From Candidatus Latescibacterota bacterium (GTDB taxonomy: Bacteria; Latescibacterota; UBA2968), in assembly GCA_965222605.1 (NCBI GenBank), contig OZ244960.1, forward strand, positions 5,344,001 to 5,408,000: a stretch of DNA of 64,000 bases, given 5' to 3'. Within the stretch, counting starts at the first letter, position 1. Each line of letters opens with the position of its first letter. Under the pieces are notes generated by a model that was not told the DNA's origin, searched no databases, and saw only the letters and a list, made by a program, of their open reading frames with translations. Position numbers and translations under genes: made by a program. Of the stretch, positions 20,182 to 30,411 are shown piece by piece.

Positions 20182-22026
20182 TCATTTCTTTTTTTGAGCT
20201 GTGGTACGGACTGTCCCTTTCCCCGGCACATCCACCCGCACAGTCAGCACGGTATATCTCCCATTGTCGCTGGTGACCATCGTTTCCAGACGTCCGCCAT
20301 CCACCGCGTACGCTCCTGCTGGTAGCACGAATGTCACCCGGCAATCGGGAAATGTATCCTCAAGTATATTGGTCACTGTGGCTGTCACTCTGTCGTGTAT
20401 CCCGTCGTTACCCGGATCGTATGCCACCTCAAGCGGCGGCGGTCCCACTCGATCAAAAGGAATAGGAGCAACAGCATCTCCACGATAGGTCGCCGATGCT
20501 ACATGACCGTCTTTAAATCGCACCACCCGAAAACTGCTGCTGTTGATCTTGCCCACCCGCGTCGTGGGTGTGGCTCCAATGGTCATCACCTTCTCCCCAG
20601 GACCATGCGCGTCGTGGATCAGCTTTACCCGGTGCTTATCCAGAAACGTCTCCACCGGTGCATTGTGCTCGAATGCGTTAATTACCTTGATCCGAGCCTT
20701 CGCCCTCGAGGATAGAAGCGCGTTGGCCTGCGATAGATCCACATGCCAGGGATGACCGAAATTCAGGATGCATAGATCTGGGCCATAATCAATGATTTCC
20801 ACTGGATCTCCATACCACTTCTCATGTCCGTAAAATTGGTGATTGCCGAATGTAATCGCGTAGGGTATTTCCAGCACCAGATGTGATCCCGAGATATACG
20901 CCGGATTCACCGCATTGCTAATCAGAACTATATCCGGCGCGATCAGGTTGGCGATCTCCGCCAGCCGTCTCTCGTATTCCGCCTGATACTGTCCCTGCGT
21001 ATCCAGGTGTCCAAATGTCATAAATACCGGATCTTTTGGATAGTTTTGAACTACGTACACACTCCTGGGAGACCGTCGCACGAAATCTCCCCGAGAGCCG
21101 GACACCCTTATCGATAGATTGTATAACCCCGGTGGCATGTCTTGAGGTAACTTCACCGTACCTTCCCGATCGTAGTAGAACTTCGCGCTCGGATCTTCTT
21201 CAAACGCCACTGTGCGTGAGATCGTAGCCGGCCCAACCCGATGCGACAACTTCACTTGCTCAATCACATTGTCGTAGGCTCCTAATCGTACCCGAAAGGA
21301 TTCTCCGGGCTGATGGATGGCAGGGTGCCCCAGGACAGGGAACCGGACGCCTTGTGGTCTGGTCTCTGGATGTCGGTGCAGATACACTGGCGGCAGGCGC
21401 GTTTCTTCATCTCTTTGGATCGCGATTTCTTCAATTTTTTGGGGTTCCCATCCGTACGCAACCAATTCCAGCGAATACCCCTTTCCTGCGGGTAGGCCGG
21501 TCAGACGGCACGCCCCCGATAACCAGTTCCGCACCAGCGCGTTTCGCACTACTTGATCACCCTGGCGTACCACCGCTCGTGCATCTACGAAGAATCCGTT
21601 TTCCTCGCCGTTGAGCACAAATGACAAATCTCCAGAATGCTCCGCCATGACTCGAAACCCGGACACTCGGCAGCCCATCTCAACCCTGTTCAGACGATGC
21701 ACAACGCGTACTCGGTGTTTCCCTGGCGTCAGTCCCCTCGCCAGTACCACCTCTCGTGCTTCGTTACCCGGATATAAGACGCGCGGCCTCCCATCATCCA
21801 CTGTCACAATTAGCTTTCCCAGAGACGGTCTTCCATAGGCTGACACGGCGTGCTGGCCCAGACCAAGTGCCACTCCTGTACCGGTGAATTCAAACGTCAA
21901 GGCAGCGCCATTATCCTCTGTCTCCAGGCAGGCTGTCTCGGCATACCGAAACTGGCTCACCCACCACGCACCTGACTGCAGCACACGGACCGTATCCAGG
22001 GCAGACACCCACTCCTTTCCTGTCAT
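20182..22026 (-). CDS. Large hypothetical protein: beta-sandwich domains plus a degenerate metallophosphoesterase-like domain
   Basis: Start MTGKEW coupled to the upstream stop (TAATG); FEFTGTG, PPGLYNL, FGNH, HDAH. Confidence 0.6.
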   Translation of the reverse strand: MTGKEWVSALDTVRVLQSGAWWVSQFRYAETACLETEDNGAALTFEFTGTGVALGLGQHAVSAYGRPSLGKLIVTVDDGRPRVLYPGNEAREVVLARGLTPGKHRVRVVHRLNRVEMGCRVSGFRVMAEHSGDLSFVLNGEENGFFVDARAVVRQGDQVVRNALVRNWLSGACRLTGLPAGKGYSLELVAYGWEPQKIEEIAIQRDEETRLPPVYLHRHPETRPQGVRFPVLGHPAIHQPGESFRVRLGAYDNVIEQVKLSHRVGPATISRTVAFEEDPSAKFYYDREGTVKLPQDMPPGLYNLSIRVSGSRGDFVRRSPRSVYVVQNYPKDPVFMTFGHLDTQGQYQAEYERRLAEIANLIAPDIVLISNAVNPAYISGSHLVLEIPYAITFGNHQFYGHEKWYGDPVEIIDYGPDLCILNFGHPWHVDLSQANALLSSRAKARIKVINAFEHNAPVETFLDKHRVKLIHDAHGPGEKVMTIGATPTTRVGKINSSSFRVVRFKDGHVASATYRGDAVAPIPFDRVGPPPLEVAYDPGNDGIHDRVTATVTNILEDTFPDCRVTFVLPAGAYAVDGGRLETMVTSDNGRYTVLTVRVDVPGKGTVRTTAQKKK

Positions 22027-22919
22027 TAGACACCCACTTCTCTCGGAACAATATCCAGGTCCCATTTTTGCCAGTAATATTTCACCGGGTCGCTCGCATC
22101 CCATTTTTCGTATACATCTTCCCAGGTCAGCCAATTCATGTGCGGCTGTAGCGAATCATCTCGAACCGGATGGCTTCGCGGTTGATATCGGTAATCAGAT
22201 GAAATCCGCAGACGGTCTGCCGACTCGTTATCTCGTCCTTGATGAATCGTCAGGCTGTGTAAAATAATCACGTCACCGCACATATAGTCGCCACCGACCC
22301 AGACGGAATCCTCTTCGACGGGAACCTGACGGCCACCCGGTCCCACGCCTTCGAATGTCTCCAGTTTACCGCGCCGGTGCGATCCTCGGGCGACAGCGAG
22401 TCCACCGAGATCCTCGGGACAGTCACCATAGGGAAGCCAGGCTGTCCAGGTTTCGTCTGATCCTCCGATGAAGTAATTGTCCTGGTGCGGCGGGGTCGAA
22501 TGGGTATTCGTATTGGGGAAGACAAGGCGGCAGATGTTTCGGCTGTGCGGCAGCACCTGTTCGCCGAATAGAATTTCAAATGCCCGAATCAGAGGGGGTT
22601 CGAGTGCCAGTGCGTGAAAGTCTCGAATTTTCAGAACATCTTCATAAAACGCTTGCCAGTGCGGGTCTCTGCTCTCGACGACCTGAATGTCGAGATTTGC
22701 AATGCCTGCTGTCAGTTCAGAGCCGTCCACCAGCCACCCGTGATCCCGACAGACGCCGAGGATCTGACGCCGAGCTTCGAGCACGCGTACCGGATCGAGC
22801 AGGTGACGAAAGAACAGATACCCGTTCTCCTTTGCCTGTTGTCGAAGCTTTGTTGGATTCTGCAACAAAGCTGTCGCATCCTCCGGCGCCTCGATTTGCT
22901 TCATGTCAATCATTGCCAT
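22026..22919 (-). CDS. PhyH family dioxygenase
   Basis: TPPHQD, WTAWLP, RGSH, TIHQG, SSDYRYQ. Confidence 0.88.
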   Translation of the reverse strand: MAMIDMKQIEAPEDATALLQNPTKLRQQAKENGYLFFRHLLDPVRVLEARRQILGVCRDHGWLVDGSELTAGIANLDIQVVESRDPHWQAFYEDVLKIRDFHALALEPPLIRAFEILFGEQVLPHSRNICRLVFPNTNTHSTPPHQDNYFIGGSDETWTAWLPYGDCPEDLGGLAVARGSHRRGKLETFEGVGPGGRQVPVEEDSVWVGGDYMCGDVIILHSLTIHQGRDNESADRLRISSDYRYQPRSHPVRDDSLQPHMNWLTWEDVYEKWDASDPVKYYWQKWDLDIVPREVGV

Positions 22920-23048
22920 TATGATGGTCTCCTTCCTATAACGATTATCGTTAAGTGAATCCTATATATCGCATCCAACGTCACGAAAATTTTTGACGTC
23001 TTGCATATCACTCCCAAAATTATAATCAGATTTTCATTGCCGAAGCGA

Positions 23049-23741
23049 TCAATTGCTGGTTGTCTGTGTAACGATAATCGGCATGATGACGGTTGCCATG
23101 ACGGCCGCTTGCATCGCCGCTATGGCTTCTTTCGCCGCCGGTCCCGTGGCTTCACCGTTAATAATTCGTTCGATTCGTGTTTTACGGTCTTTCAGGTCCT
23201 TTTTATCGAAGACCATTTCCAGAAGTCCAGCGCTATTCATCAGTGACACAAGAATGACTGTTCGTGGCTCGACATCTCTGGTGTCAGTGAAGATGGCCAG
23301 ACGTAGAAGCTCAACCAGATTCTTTTTTGGCAGTGGATTAATCTGGGAATAAAGCTTTCGCTTAAAGATGAACAAAACCTTGTCTTCAGTCGCCTGAAGG
23401 ATCCCCCGACTGCACAGTTGGGCGGCAACGCGGTGTTTGAGATCCTTCATTATGGCAAACCTCAAAACCCAATCACGAAGTGATGCACTTTTTTTCGCGT
23501 TAGTGATTTTTTCAAAGCATTCGTCAATCACAGGTTCACCGATAGGTGTAGTACTGACAGGAGTGACGATTCTTTTTTGCGATTCTGCAACACAGATGAG
23601 ATTGCTTAACAAAAGCTCAGCCAGGATGGCCGCACCTATCGCGTAAGGGTATTTGGCCTGCGATGCGAACGTGCCTTTCTCCTCTTGCAAAGCCAAGAGC
23701 GTGATCTCTTCGTGTAATAAGAGTGTGTCCTGAGTTCCCAT
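23049..23741 (-). CDS. GPP34/GOLPH3 family protein
   Basis: LLHEEITLLAL, AILAELLL, L..RGIL...EDKVLFIF. Confidence 0.8.
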   Translation of the reverse strand: MGTQDTLLLHEEITLLALQEEKGTFASQAKYPYAIGAAILAELLLSNLICVAESQKRIVTPVSTTPIGEPVIDECFEKITNAKKSASLRDWVLRFAIMKDLKHRVAAQLCSRGILQATEDKVLFIFKRKLYSQINPLPKKNLVELLRLAIFTDTRDVEPRTVILVSLMNSAGLLEMVFDKKDLKDRKTRIERIINGEATGPAAKEAIAAMQAAVMATVIMPIIVTQTTSN

Positions 23742-23763
23742 GATGGAATCCTTTCGAAAAAGG

Positions 23764-24132
23764 TCAAGATAGGGCTGTAGGGGATAGCTCATGGATCTTG
23801 TCCGGTTCGGGCATGGATGTGAATTGGACAGCCTTTATCGTTTTACGGCCTTGAAGGATCGCTTTGCACAGGCGATGGCCACCATCCATGAGCGAGCCAT
23901 CGACATTTAGAATGATAGGATATTTTAGGGAAGAGTTGTTAATTTTTTTACAGTGTCGAGCGATTTCTCTTAATGTAGGTTTTTTTTCCCCAAACCAGCA
24001 GTCTTTGTCTAATTCTTTGATTGCTGATACTTCAATTTCAAATGGAGAAAGATCTCTGGACTGCATCCAGAGTTTTTCGGTGTACCACACGAGCCGTTTG
24101 CCATCGCGTATTGTACTGTGTTTCTGTGGCAC
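23764..24132 (-). CDS. Small ParB/Srx-like hypothetical protein
   Basis: LKYPIIL..DGSLMDGGHRLCKA. Confidence 0.65.
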   Translation of the reverse strand: MPQKHSTIRDGKRLVWYTEKLWMQSRDLSPFEIEVSAIKELDKDCWFGEKKPTLREIARHCKKINNSSLKYPIILNVDGSLMDGGHRLCKAILQGRKTIKAVQFTSMPEPDKIHELSPTALS

Positions 24133-24139
24133 GCTTTCC

Positions 24140-25243
24140 TCATTTCTTGAGTGCGTCTCTTACGGCCCCGGCGAGTCCCGGGTGCTTCTGTAGGGTGCTC
24201 AAGCGAGAAATGACGAGATTACCGCCGCCGTATTTCAAGGCGATTTCTATCTCCTTGGCAAGGCGTTCGGGCGTGCGCACGAAGCCGGGCAGGTCGTGAA
24301 TGCCGATGAAGGGGACAAAGCGGTTGATCTCCGGATTTTCCAGACGCTTCATTTCGGCGGCTTCCATTTCAACGCGTTCGAGTCGCCATTCGGGGGGATT
24401 GAACCAGGAGATGGTCTGTGTGCAATAGTCGAGTTTGTATTTGGCGCCAATGTAATCGTCGGGAAGGAAGTTCGGCCAGACGTGGTTGGTGACGATGGCA
24501 TTGGGATCCATGGATTTAGCGTGATCGTAGAGGAGGCGGTGAACGTCAATGAGTGTTTGCGTGGAGACTTTGCCCATGATTTCGATGTCGGACAGGTCGG
24601 GGGTTTGTGCGCGCACTTTTTTACGGAGGGTTTCACAGTGGTCACAGAAACAGGCGTAGTAGTTGACAAAGCCAAAGCCGTCGAGGGCGATCCCGTCGGC
24701 GATGTTGAGGGCGCGCTCAACCCGCTTCTTGAGTTCGGCCTGCGATTCGGGGTGCTCGAAACAGAGGATCGTTCTCTGTAAGATGAACGATTGCCAGCGG
24801 AAGCTCTCTCCGCGCAACCGGAGCCAGGATTGTCCGGCGATGGCGTCCGAGACTTTGTATTCGAATTCGCGCATTTTCTGAAGGCAATGCGGATAGGCAT
24901 TTTCAAAGTCGTCGTTGGAATAGGGGAAGACGGTGGCGATGATCTGGATGTCTCGTTTATGGGCTCGCGCGACCATTTCGGGGGTGGCGCTATTGGTAAC
25001 AAGCGTGTTAAAGCCAAGGTCAGCCACAAAATCGACGGCTTGTTCGCGTTCGGTGTCGGTTCTGAGGCGGCCGATGGCCCAGACGGCTTTCATAGGGAGG
25101 CGTCCTTTCTGGGGTTGGGCAAGAGAAAGACCTGAGAAAGAGATGACAGAGGTGAGGATAAGGCCAACAAACATTGATCTGAGTGGAGTGCTTTCGGTTA
25201 ATATTTTCGCGGTTTTGGGCATGGGTTCTTGATTTTCAGTCAA
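24140..25243 (-). CDS. Hypothetical secreted protein, possible GH-like TIM barrel
   Basis: Signal-like N-terminus; DGIALD, CFCDHC motif. Confidence 0.55.
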   Translation of the reverse strand: MTENQEPMPKTAKILTESTPLRSMFVGLILTSVISFSGLSLAQPQKGRLPMKAVWAIGRLRTDTEREQAVDFVADLGFNTLVTNSATPEMVARAHKRDIQIIATVFPYSNDDFENAYPHCLQKMREFEYKVSDAIAGQSWLRLRGESFRWQSFILQRTILCFEHPESQAELKKRVERALNIADGIALDGFGFVNYYACFCDHCETLRKKVRAQTPDLSDIEIMGKVSTQTLIDVHRLLYDHAKSMDPNAIVTNHVWPNFLPDDYIGAKYKLDYCTQTISWFNPPEWRLERVEMEAAEMKRLENPEINRFVPFIGIHDLPGFVRTPERLAKEIEIALKYGGGNLVISRLSTLQKHPGLAGAVRDALKK

Positions 25244-25322
25244 AGTCTCTTATATTTTTAATCAGAAATAAATATAGCCTTATTATGTCTTGTGACTTCT
25301 GTAAAATCTAAGGATATTTTCC

Positions 25323-25547
25323 ATGGGTGCAGTTAATCTAAAAGTCGAACTCCCTTCGAGTCTTTCCGGAGATGAGGCAAAAACTTTCCTTGCCATAAAA
25401 CTCTACGAAGTTGGCAAAGTGTCGCTTGGTCAGGCAGCAAAAACCGCTGGATACTCCAAACGCGCCTTCCTGGAGATTCTTGGACATTACGAGGTACCTG
25501 TCTTCAATTATTCTCCTGAAGAGTTGCGGCAGGAGATCAATCAGTGA
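25323..25547 (+). CDS. UPF0175 family antitoxin
   Basis: LAIKLYEVGKVSLGQAA; overlaps the PIN gene. Confidence 0.88.
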   Translation: MGAVNLKVELPSSLSGDEAKTFLAIKLYEVGKVSLGQAAKTAGYSKRAFLEILGHYEVPVFNYSPEELRQEINQ

Positions 25548-25993
25548 GTGAGCGCGTCGTAGCGGATAGCACATGCTTAATTGCGCTTGAACGCATCGAT
25601 CAGATCGAGATTCTGCCAGCCCTTTTTGAGCCTGTATTAATACCACCGGCTGTGGCACAAGAATTTGGAATCTCCTTCCCGTGGTTGAAAATAGAAAGAC
25701 TACCTGACCAGGCGTTGGTTGTTGCATTAAAAATGATGATTGATGATGGAGAAGCAGAGGCTATTGCTCTGTCCCAAGAGCAGAAGTGTCGAATTATCCT
25801 GGATGATCGACAGGCACGTCGTGTGGGGCAAAATATGGGACTCAGGGTTATAGGAACAGTCGGTATTTTGATTCTCGCCAAGCAAAGAGGCATTCTGTCC
25901 ACCGTCAAGCCTGTGCTTCAAAATCTGGATGATACTGGGTTCTATATCAGTGCTGCATTAAAAGCAGAAGCTTTGCGTCTCGCCGAAGAATAA
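25544..25993 (+). CDS. DUF3368 PIN-domain toxin
   Basis: VADSTCLI, IPPAV, GEAEAIALS, LDDRQAR, GTVGIL. Confidence 0.9.
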   Translation: MSERVVADSTCLIALERIDQIEILPALFEPVLIPPAVAQEFGISFPWLKIERLPDQALVVALKMMIDDGEAEAIALSQEQKCRIILDDRQARRVGQNMGLRVIGTVGILILAKQRGILSTVKPVLQNLDDTGFYISAALKAEALRLAEE

Positions 25994-26023
25994 TACGTAG
26001 AGAAGATGAAACTTATATTTTTT

Positions 26024-26059
26024 GAACCGGCTCATTATCACAGGGGCCGGTTTCTTTTT
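26024..26059 (+). terminator. Intrinsic terminator after the TA pair
   Basis: AACCGGCTC...GGGGCCGGTT followed by TCTTTTT. Confidence 0.65.
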
Positions 26060-26195
26060 GGCGGCACAGGACAGGTGCTAGGAGACAAATGCCGCGCAGC
26101 GATTGTGCCAAGATGCATATAAGTCATATTCTATACAGGGTTTTAAGTGCTTGTTGCAGTTTTGGTTGGATGGGACCTAAGAAGCTAGGGCATCC

Positions 26196-27077
26196 TCATT
26201 TCTCCGGATGTGCTGATTTCGCAGATTTATGGAAAGTGGGGGACAGATTCCGCTTGGTCAGATTAATCAGATCCTCCACGTCTAATAGTATCACGAAATC
26301 TTTAGCAGTATCGTATGCACCTTGGGTAAAACCTGAGAGTCCCACAATAATTCCAAAATCGGCCCTTTCGAGAGCGATCGTATCAATCATTTCTCTAACT
26401 ATAGCAGGTCCAACCGGACGAGTATGATGTTTGCACTGTACTATAATTTTTCTTTCATCTTCGTCAGAGAGAATTACATCTACACCGCTATCTCCTGTTG
26501 CCTTTGTTGCCTGTGAGTTGAAACCCATCCGAAGAAATAATCTCGCAACCTCTATTTCAAATTCTCGCCACGATAGATTCCTCCAAAAGGATATAAGGCT
26601 ACGCTCATAAGCTCGAATGGCTTGGGCGTAAGCAACACATTTCTGTAAGTGTGGTGAACGTTCTAAAATAACACGCTCCACAACATTGGTCACCCACATG
26701 AAAAGGAAGATTCCGGGAAGAAATCCTATGAATGCAATAATGAGTATGATGTAGAGTTCTAAAAGAAATGCTATCAGTAATCCAATTAACACGAGAAATC
26801 CGATAATTTTCGGAGTTGCCCTTGCTCGTTCTTTAAGGTCCGATAATTCTCGGAAGTGGCTGGGTGCCAAGTCGAAATCTCGCATTTTGGGTTTATCTCC
26901 TAGGAACTCTTCACACTTTTTTGACTTCTCGTTTAGGAATTCAAAAAACTCCAGTGAACAGTACTTCCCAACATGATTTGCCAAGGACGCATTCAAATAG
27001 AACTTGTGAATATCATCCTTCGAGGCATTAGGGCCAGCCTGACGCTCAGCCAGGTTGTAATTTTGCAGTGCTCTCAT
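26196..27077 (-). CDS. Membrane-anchored Mrr_cat restriction endonuclease; its native first 6 codons (28470-28487) are separated by an IS
   Basis: Two TM helices, EFEIEVARLF, GDSGVD, IVQCKH, SGFT; the empty site reads ATG AAT AAA ACC CAA CTC ATG AGA in frame. Confidence 0.82.
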   Translation of the reverse strand: MRALQNYNLAERQAGPNASKDDIHKFYLNASLANHVGKYCSLEFFEFLNEKSKKCEEFLGDKPKMRDFDLAPSHFRELSDLKERARATPKIIGFLVLIGLLIAFLLELYIILIIAFIGFLPGIFLFMWVTNVVERVILERSPHLQKCVAYAQAIRAYERSLISFWRNLSWREFEIEVARLFLRMGFNSQATKATGDSGVDVILSDEDERKIIVQCKHHTRPVGPAIVREMIDTIALERADFGIIVGLSGFTQGAYDTAKDFVILLDVEDLINLTKRNLSPTFHKSAKSAHPEK

Positions 27078-27081
27078 GAGT

Positions 27082-28467
27082 CAATACTTCGGACAGTTTT
27101 GAGTAAAAAAAGAATAGACAAAAAAGTGCCGTTCACGCAGATTGGATGTCAAAGATATTCCAGATCACTGACAACCCAAACGAGTGAGACGGCACCATGG
27201 CAATCGCAGAAAAGATACTCAATCGGCTCAACATTTCCAAGCCCCAAAAAAAGTTTCTCATGACCCTATTTACTACCATACTGATTGCACGGGGTAAAAT
27301 CAATTTTCGCAACCTGTCACGGTATTCTCACCTTTGCGAACGCACCTACACCCGTCAGTTTGACAAGCCCTTTCGATTTATGGATTTCAACCGTGCCATC
27401 ATCAATGAAAGCAGAGACCAAGACCAAGCACATGGGCGTATTCTGGTCTTAGATGCCTCCTTTGTGCCCAAGTCAGGCAAAAAGACCTATGGCCTGGATC
27501 ACTTTTGGAATGGCTGCCAGTCACGTCGAGAAAAAGGCTTAGAAATCTTGGGAATTGCCCTTGTGGATGTGGACAAAAATACGGGTTTTACCCTCTCCGT
27601 TGCTCAAACCGCACCTAAAGCGGACACCAAGAAGGCGCAAAAAACGACTGTCACAAAGGCGAATAAGAACACCGAAACAGCCGATGAAACCCGAATAGAT
27701 CAGTATTTAGCGCACCTTCGAGAGGTCCACCCTTGCCTCGAAGCCGATGAAACCTATCTGTGTGTGGATGGCTATTTTAGCAAGAAGAAATTCATTGATG
27801 GCGTCACCAACCTCAAGCTACACCAAATCGGCAAACTGCGATGCGATGCCAATATGCGCTATCTTTACACAGGCCCCAGGCGGGAAAAAGGCAGTGGCAA
27901 CCAAAAGACGTACGATGGCAAAGTTGTCTAACAGGACGTATCGCGCTTCACCTACCATCACACACAAGATGGCATTGCACTTTATAGTTTGGTGCTGAAT
28001 CATCAATGCTTCAAACGCAATGTCAAAGTCGTCGTCCTGGTCAATGAGAAGATCAAAGATAAGAAAAATTATGCCCTCTTGTTTTCTACCGATAAGAACT
28101 TGGATGCAAAAACAATCCTCACGTATTACAAAGCGCGATTCCAGATTGAATTTATTTTTCGAGATGCCAAACAGTTTACAGGCTTGTCTGACGCTCAGAC
28201 AAGAGATAAGAAACGCCTTGATTTCCATTTCAATGCATCTCTTTCAACCCTCAATTTAGCCAAAGTAGAGCACATAAAAGCCGATTGCGATACCCTGCCA
28301 AACCCTTTTTCTATGGCAAGCATTAAAGCCTGTTATTTCAACACATTTTTCCTCGAAAAGATTTTTTCAATGTTTGATCTCGACCTTAATTGCATAAAAA
28401 AATCGTCTCAATATCAATATCTACTCAATTATGGCAATATCGCCGCTTAAAACTGTCCGAACCATTG
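27082..28467 (+). mobile_element. IS4/IS701-like DDE insertion sequence (1386 bp) with 6-bp TSD ATGAGT
   Basis: IRs CAATACTTCGGACAGTTTT / AAAACTGTCCGAACCATTG; ATGAGT at 27076-27081 and 28468-28473. Confidence 0.9.
27197..28450 (+). pseudogene. DDE transposase with a single in-frame TAA at 27929-27931
   Basis: LDASFVPKSGK, VDGYF, YKARFQIEFIFRDAKQ; both track ORFs are in the same frame (YDGKVV*QDVSRF). Confidence 0.88.
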
Positions 28468-28500
28468 ATGAGTTGGGTTTTATTCATAATATCGCTCGTT

Positions 28501-28534
28501 GTAGGGTGTGGCTACGCCATGCTATGCGTACGAC
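28501..28534 (+). repeat. Degenerate GTAG-type REP-like palindrome
   Basis: GTAGGGTG-TGGC-TAC-GCCA. Confidence 0.35.
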
Positions 28535-28544
28535 TCGCGGCCGT

Positions 28545-29318
28545 TTACTCAGGGAGGAGATGACGTCTGTCAGATGGCAAGTGATCTTTTAGTACCCGCA
28601 GATGTCTCTTGATTTGTTCTGCTAATTGAGCGTACAGAGGGAATGTGGTACCCTTTGCTTTGTACTCGACGACTAAAAGCCTGCGCTCTCGATGTTCTGG
28701 CGTTACCGATCCGCCGTGGACGACTAGGCCTGAAAGTAGGGAGACCTGTCCCTGTTTTGCAAAAACTGGGATGGGATCTGCGTATTTGAGATCGGGTGGT
28801 ACTTGCTTGAGTTCGTTGTTGTTGTCGTGTGGATGATCGTCCATGTAGCGCATTACCTACAAGTGACTGCCAGGGCGGTAGTACAATGGACAATTGTCGG
28901 CCTGGACATCGGTCAGCCACACGAAAAAGCTACTGGGCATGGCAACGGGTGTGATCTGGGCAGAGGAAGTTCCGCATTTGAAATCAACGTGTTCCGGCTC
29001 GAGTTCTGCCTGCGCGTTGGGCCTGGGTTTTGTCACGCGCAGAGATACCAACGTCAGTTCGACGGCCTCCGCCCGCAAGATTGTCCTGGAAACATCTTCG
29101 AAGAATGGATCATAGACAAGTCTCAATAGTTCAGGTTGGAGGACGTCGCCCTTATACCATCCAAAAGAATCCCCTCGCCCTTCAGGGACGATATCAGCGT
29201 CATCGATTGCGTCGATGGCTTCATTCGCAGCATTGAGCAATGCGCGAGGAAAATTCGGTGACAAGGTCACAAGACCATCTTCCTGAAATCGCTCAATATC
29301 GGTTTGATCAATGCTCAT
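28545..29318 (-). pseudogene. PhyH family dioxygenase with an in-frame TAG at 28857-28859
   Basis: EHVD ... RPGSHL*VMRY ... VVHGGS in one frame. Confidence 0.78.
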
Positions 29319-29341
29319 GCTTTACATTTCCTGTGACACTG

Positions 29342-29797
29342 TCAGGTAATATCTCCCAAGTATATGGGGGGTGCCCCGGGTTCAGAGTCAAGATAATTGA
29401 GTAAGGGCTTAGGATAAAATCTCAGGTTCTTAAGTTCACTAATGCTCATCCATTTCACCCCAACCTGCATCGGATCTCCCGCTGGGGCTTCGGAGGCATT
29501 ATATCCTTCATCAACTGAACATCGGAAGATGAAGTCAATTAAATGGACACCCTTTGTCCAGGAGTCGGCGTGATTGTCAGTGATATATTCTCGAACAAAG
29601 TTTAAACCTTCAACTGTGACGTCAGCACCTATTTCTTCCTGGCATTCTCGCTTGAGAGCATCTATAAGTGTCTCTTTTCCGGGTTCCAGGCCTCCCCCCG
29701 GCAGAATGTACCAAAGCCCCTTGTCATCGCTATTCTCAGTAACGAGAATTTGGTCGCCTCTCTGGATCAGAGCCTTGGCCGCATTTCGCAAGTTCAT
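29342..29797 (-). CDS. NUDIX hydrolase
   Basis: LPGGGLEPGKETLIDALKRECQEEIG Nudix box. Confidence 0.88.
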   Translation of the reverse strand: MNLRNAAKALIQRGDQILVTENSDDKGLWYILPGGGLEPGKETLIDALKRECQEEIGADVTVEGLNFVREYITDNHADSWTKGVHLIDFIFRCSVDEGYNASEAPAGDPMQVGVKWMSISELKNLRFYPKPLLNYLDSEPGAPPIYLGDIT

Positions 29798-30051
29798 AAT
29801 AGATACCTCAAGCGAATTTCGACTACGCTCAGCACGCGCACGCCATGTCGATATCCAAGCCCGATATATTGATGAGCGAATATCCCTCTCAAGCACGTTC
29901 TATATTCTTGATAACCGTTTAGAAAGGGGAAATTCGCCGCGCGTCAATGCTCGATCCAATTCTTGAAATCTCTTCAGTAGTCTTTGTCTTTGACAATCTC
30001 GACGTCAAAGGCATTATCATTTACCGAAAGAGAACCGCGCATTTGTATCGT

Positions 30052-30351
30052 TTAGACCGGGTGCATCTGGACTTCTTGATCCAGTCTGTCAGCTAAGGCT
30101 TCAAGCGTCGTTTCGAGTTCATACCGCGTTTGAAGATTCATCCAGAATTGTGCTTCCATCCTAAAAAAACGACCCAGCCGTAAAGCCGTGTCTGCCGTGA
30201 TCCCTCGTTTACCATGCACAATTTCATTGATGTGACGCGGTGGCACACTGATTGCCTGAGCCAAATGATATTGACTGATCTGCATGGGCTTGAGAAAATC
30301 CTCGAACAGGATTTCACCTGGATGGATTGGTGGAAAATCGCGTTTGGTCAT
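30052..30351 (-). CDS. higA: HigA family antitoxin (orphan)
   Basis: PPIHPGEIL, EIVHGKRGITADTALRL, FWMNLQ. Confidence 0.92.
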   Translation of the reverse strand: MTKRDFPPIHPGEILFEDFLKPMQISQYHLAQAISVPPRHINEIVHGKRGITADTALRLGRFFRMEAQFWMNLQTRYELETTLEALADRLDQEVQMHPV

Positions 30352-30362
30352 ATAGTCTCACC

Positions 30363-30410
30363 TCAATGATAATCAACGATCTCGACATCAAAGGCATTAT
30401 CATTACGCCA
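30363..30410 (-). pseudogene. 3' stump of a HigB/RelE toxin
   Basis: WRNDNAFDVEIVDYH*, a typical HigB C-terminus, directly after the phoD stop. Confidence 0.8.
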
Positions 30411-30411
30411 C

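Noticed and set aside
27929-28859. In-frame TAA and TAG as possible stop-codon recoding or pyrrolysine
   Set aside because: TAA and TAG terminate many intact genes in the window and no recoding machinery is seen; simple nonsense mutations are more likely
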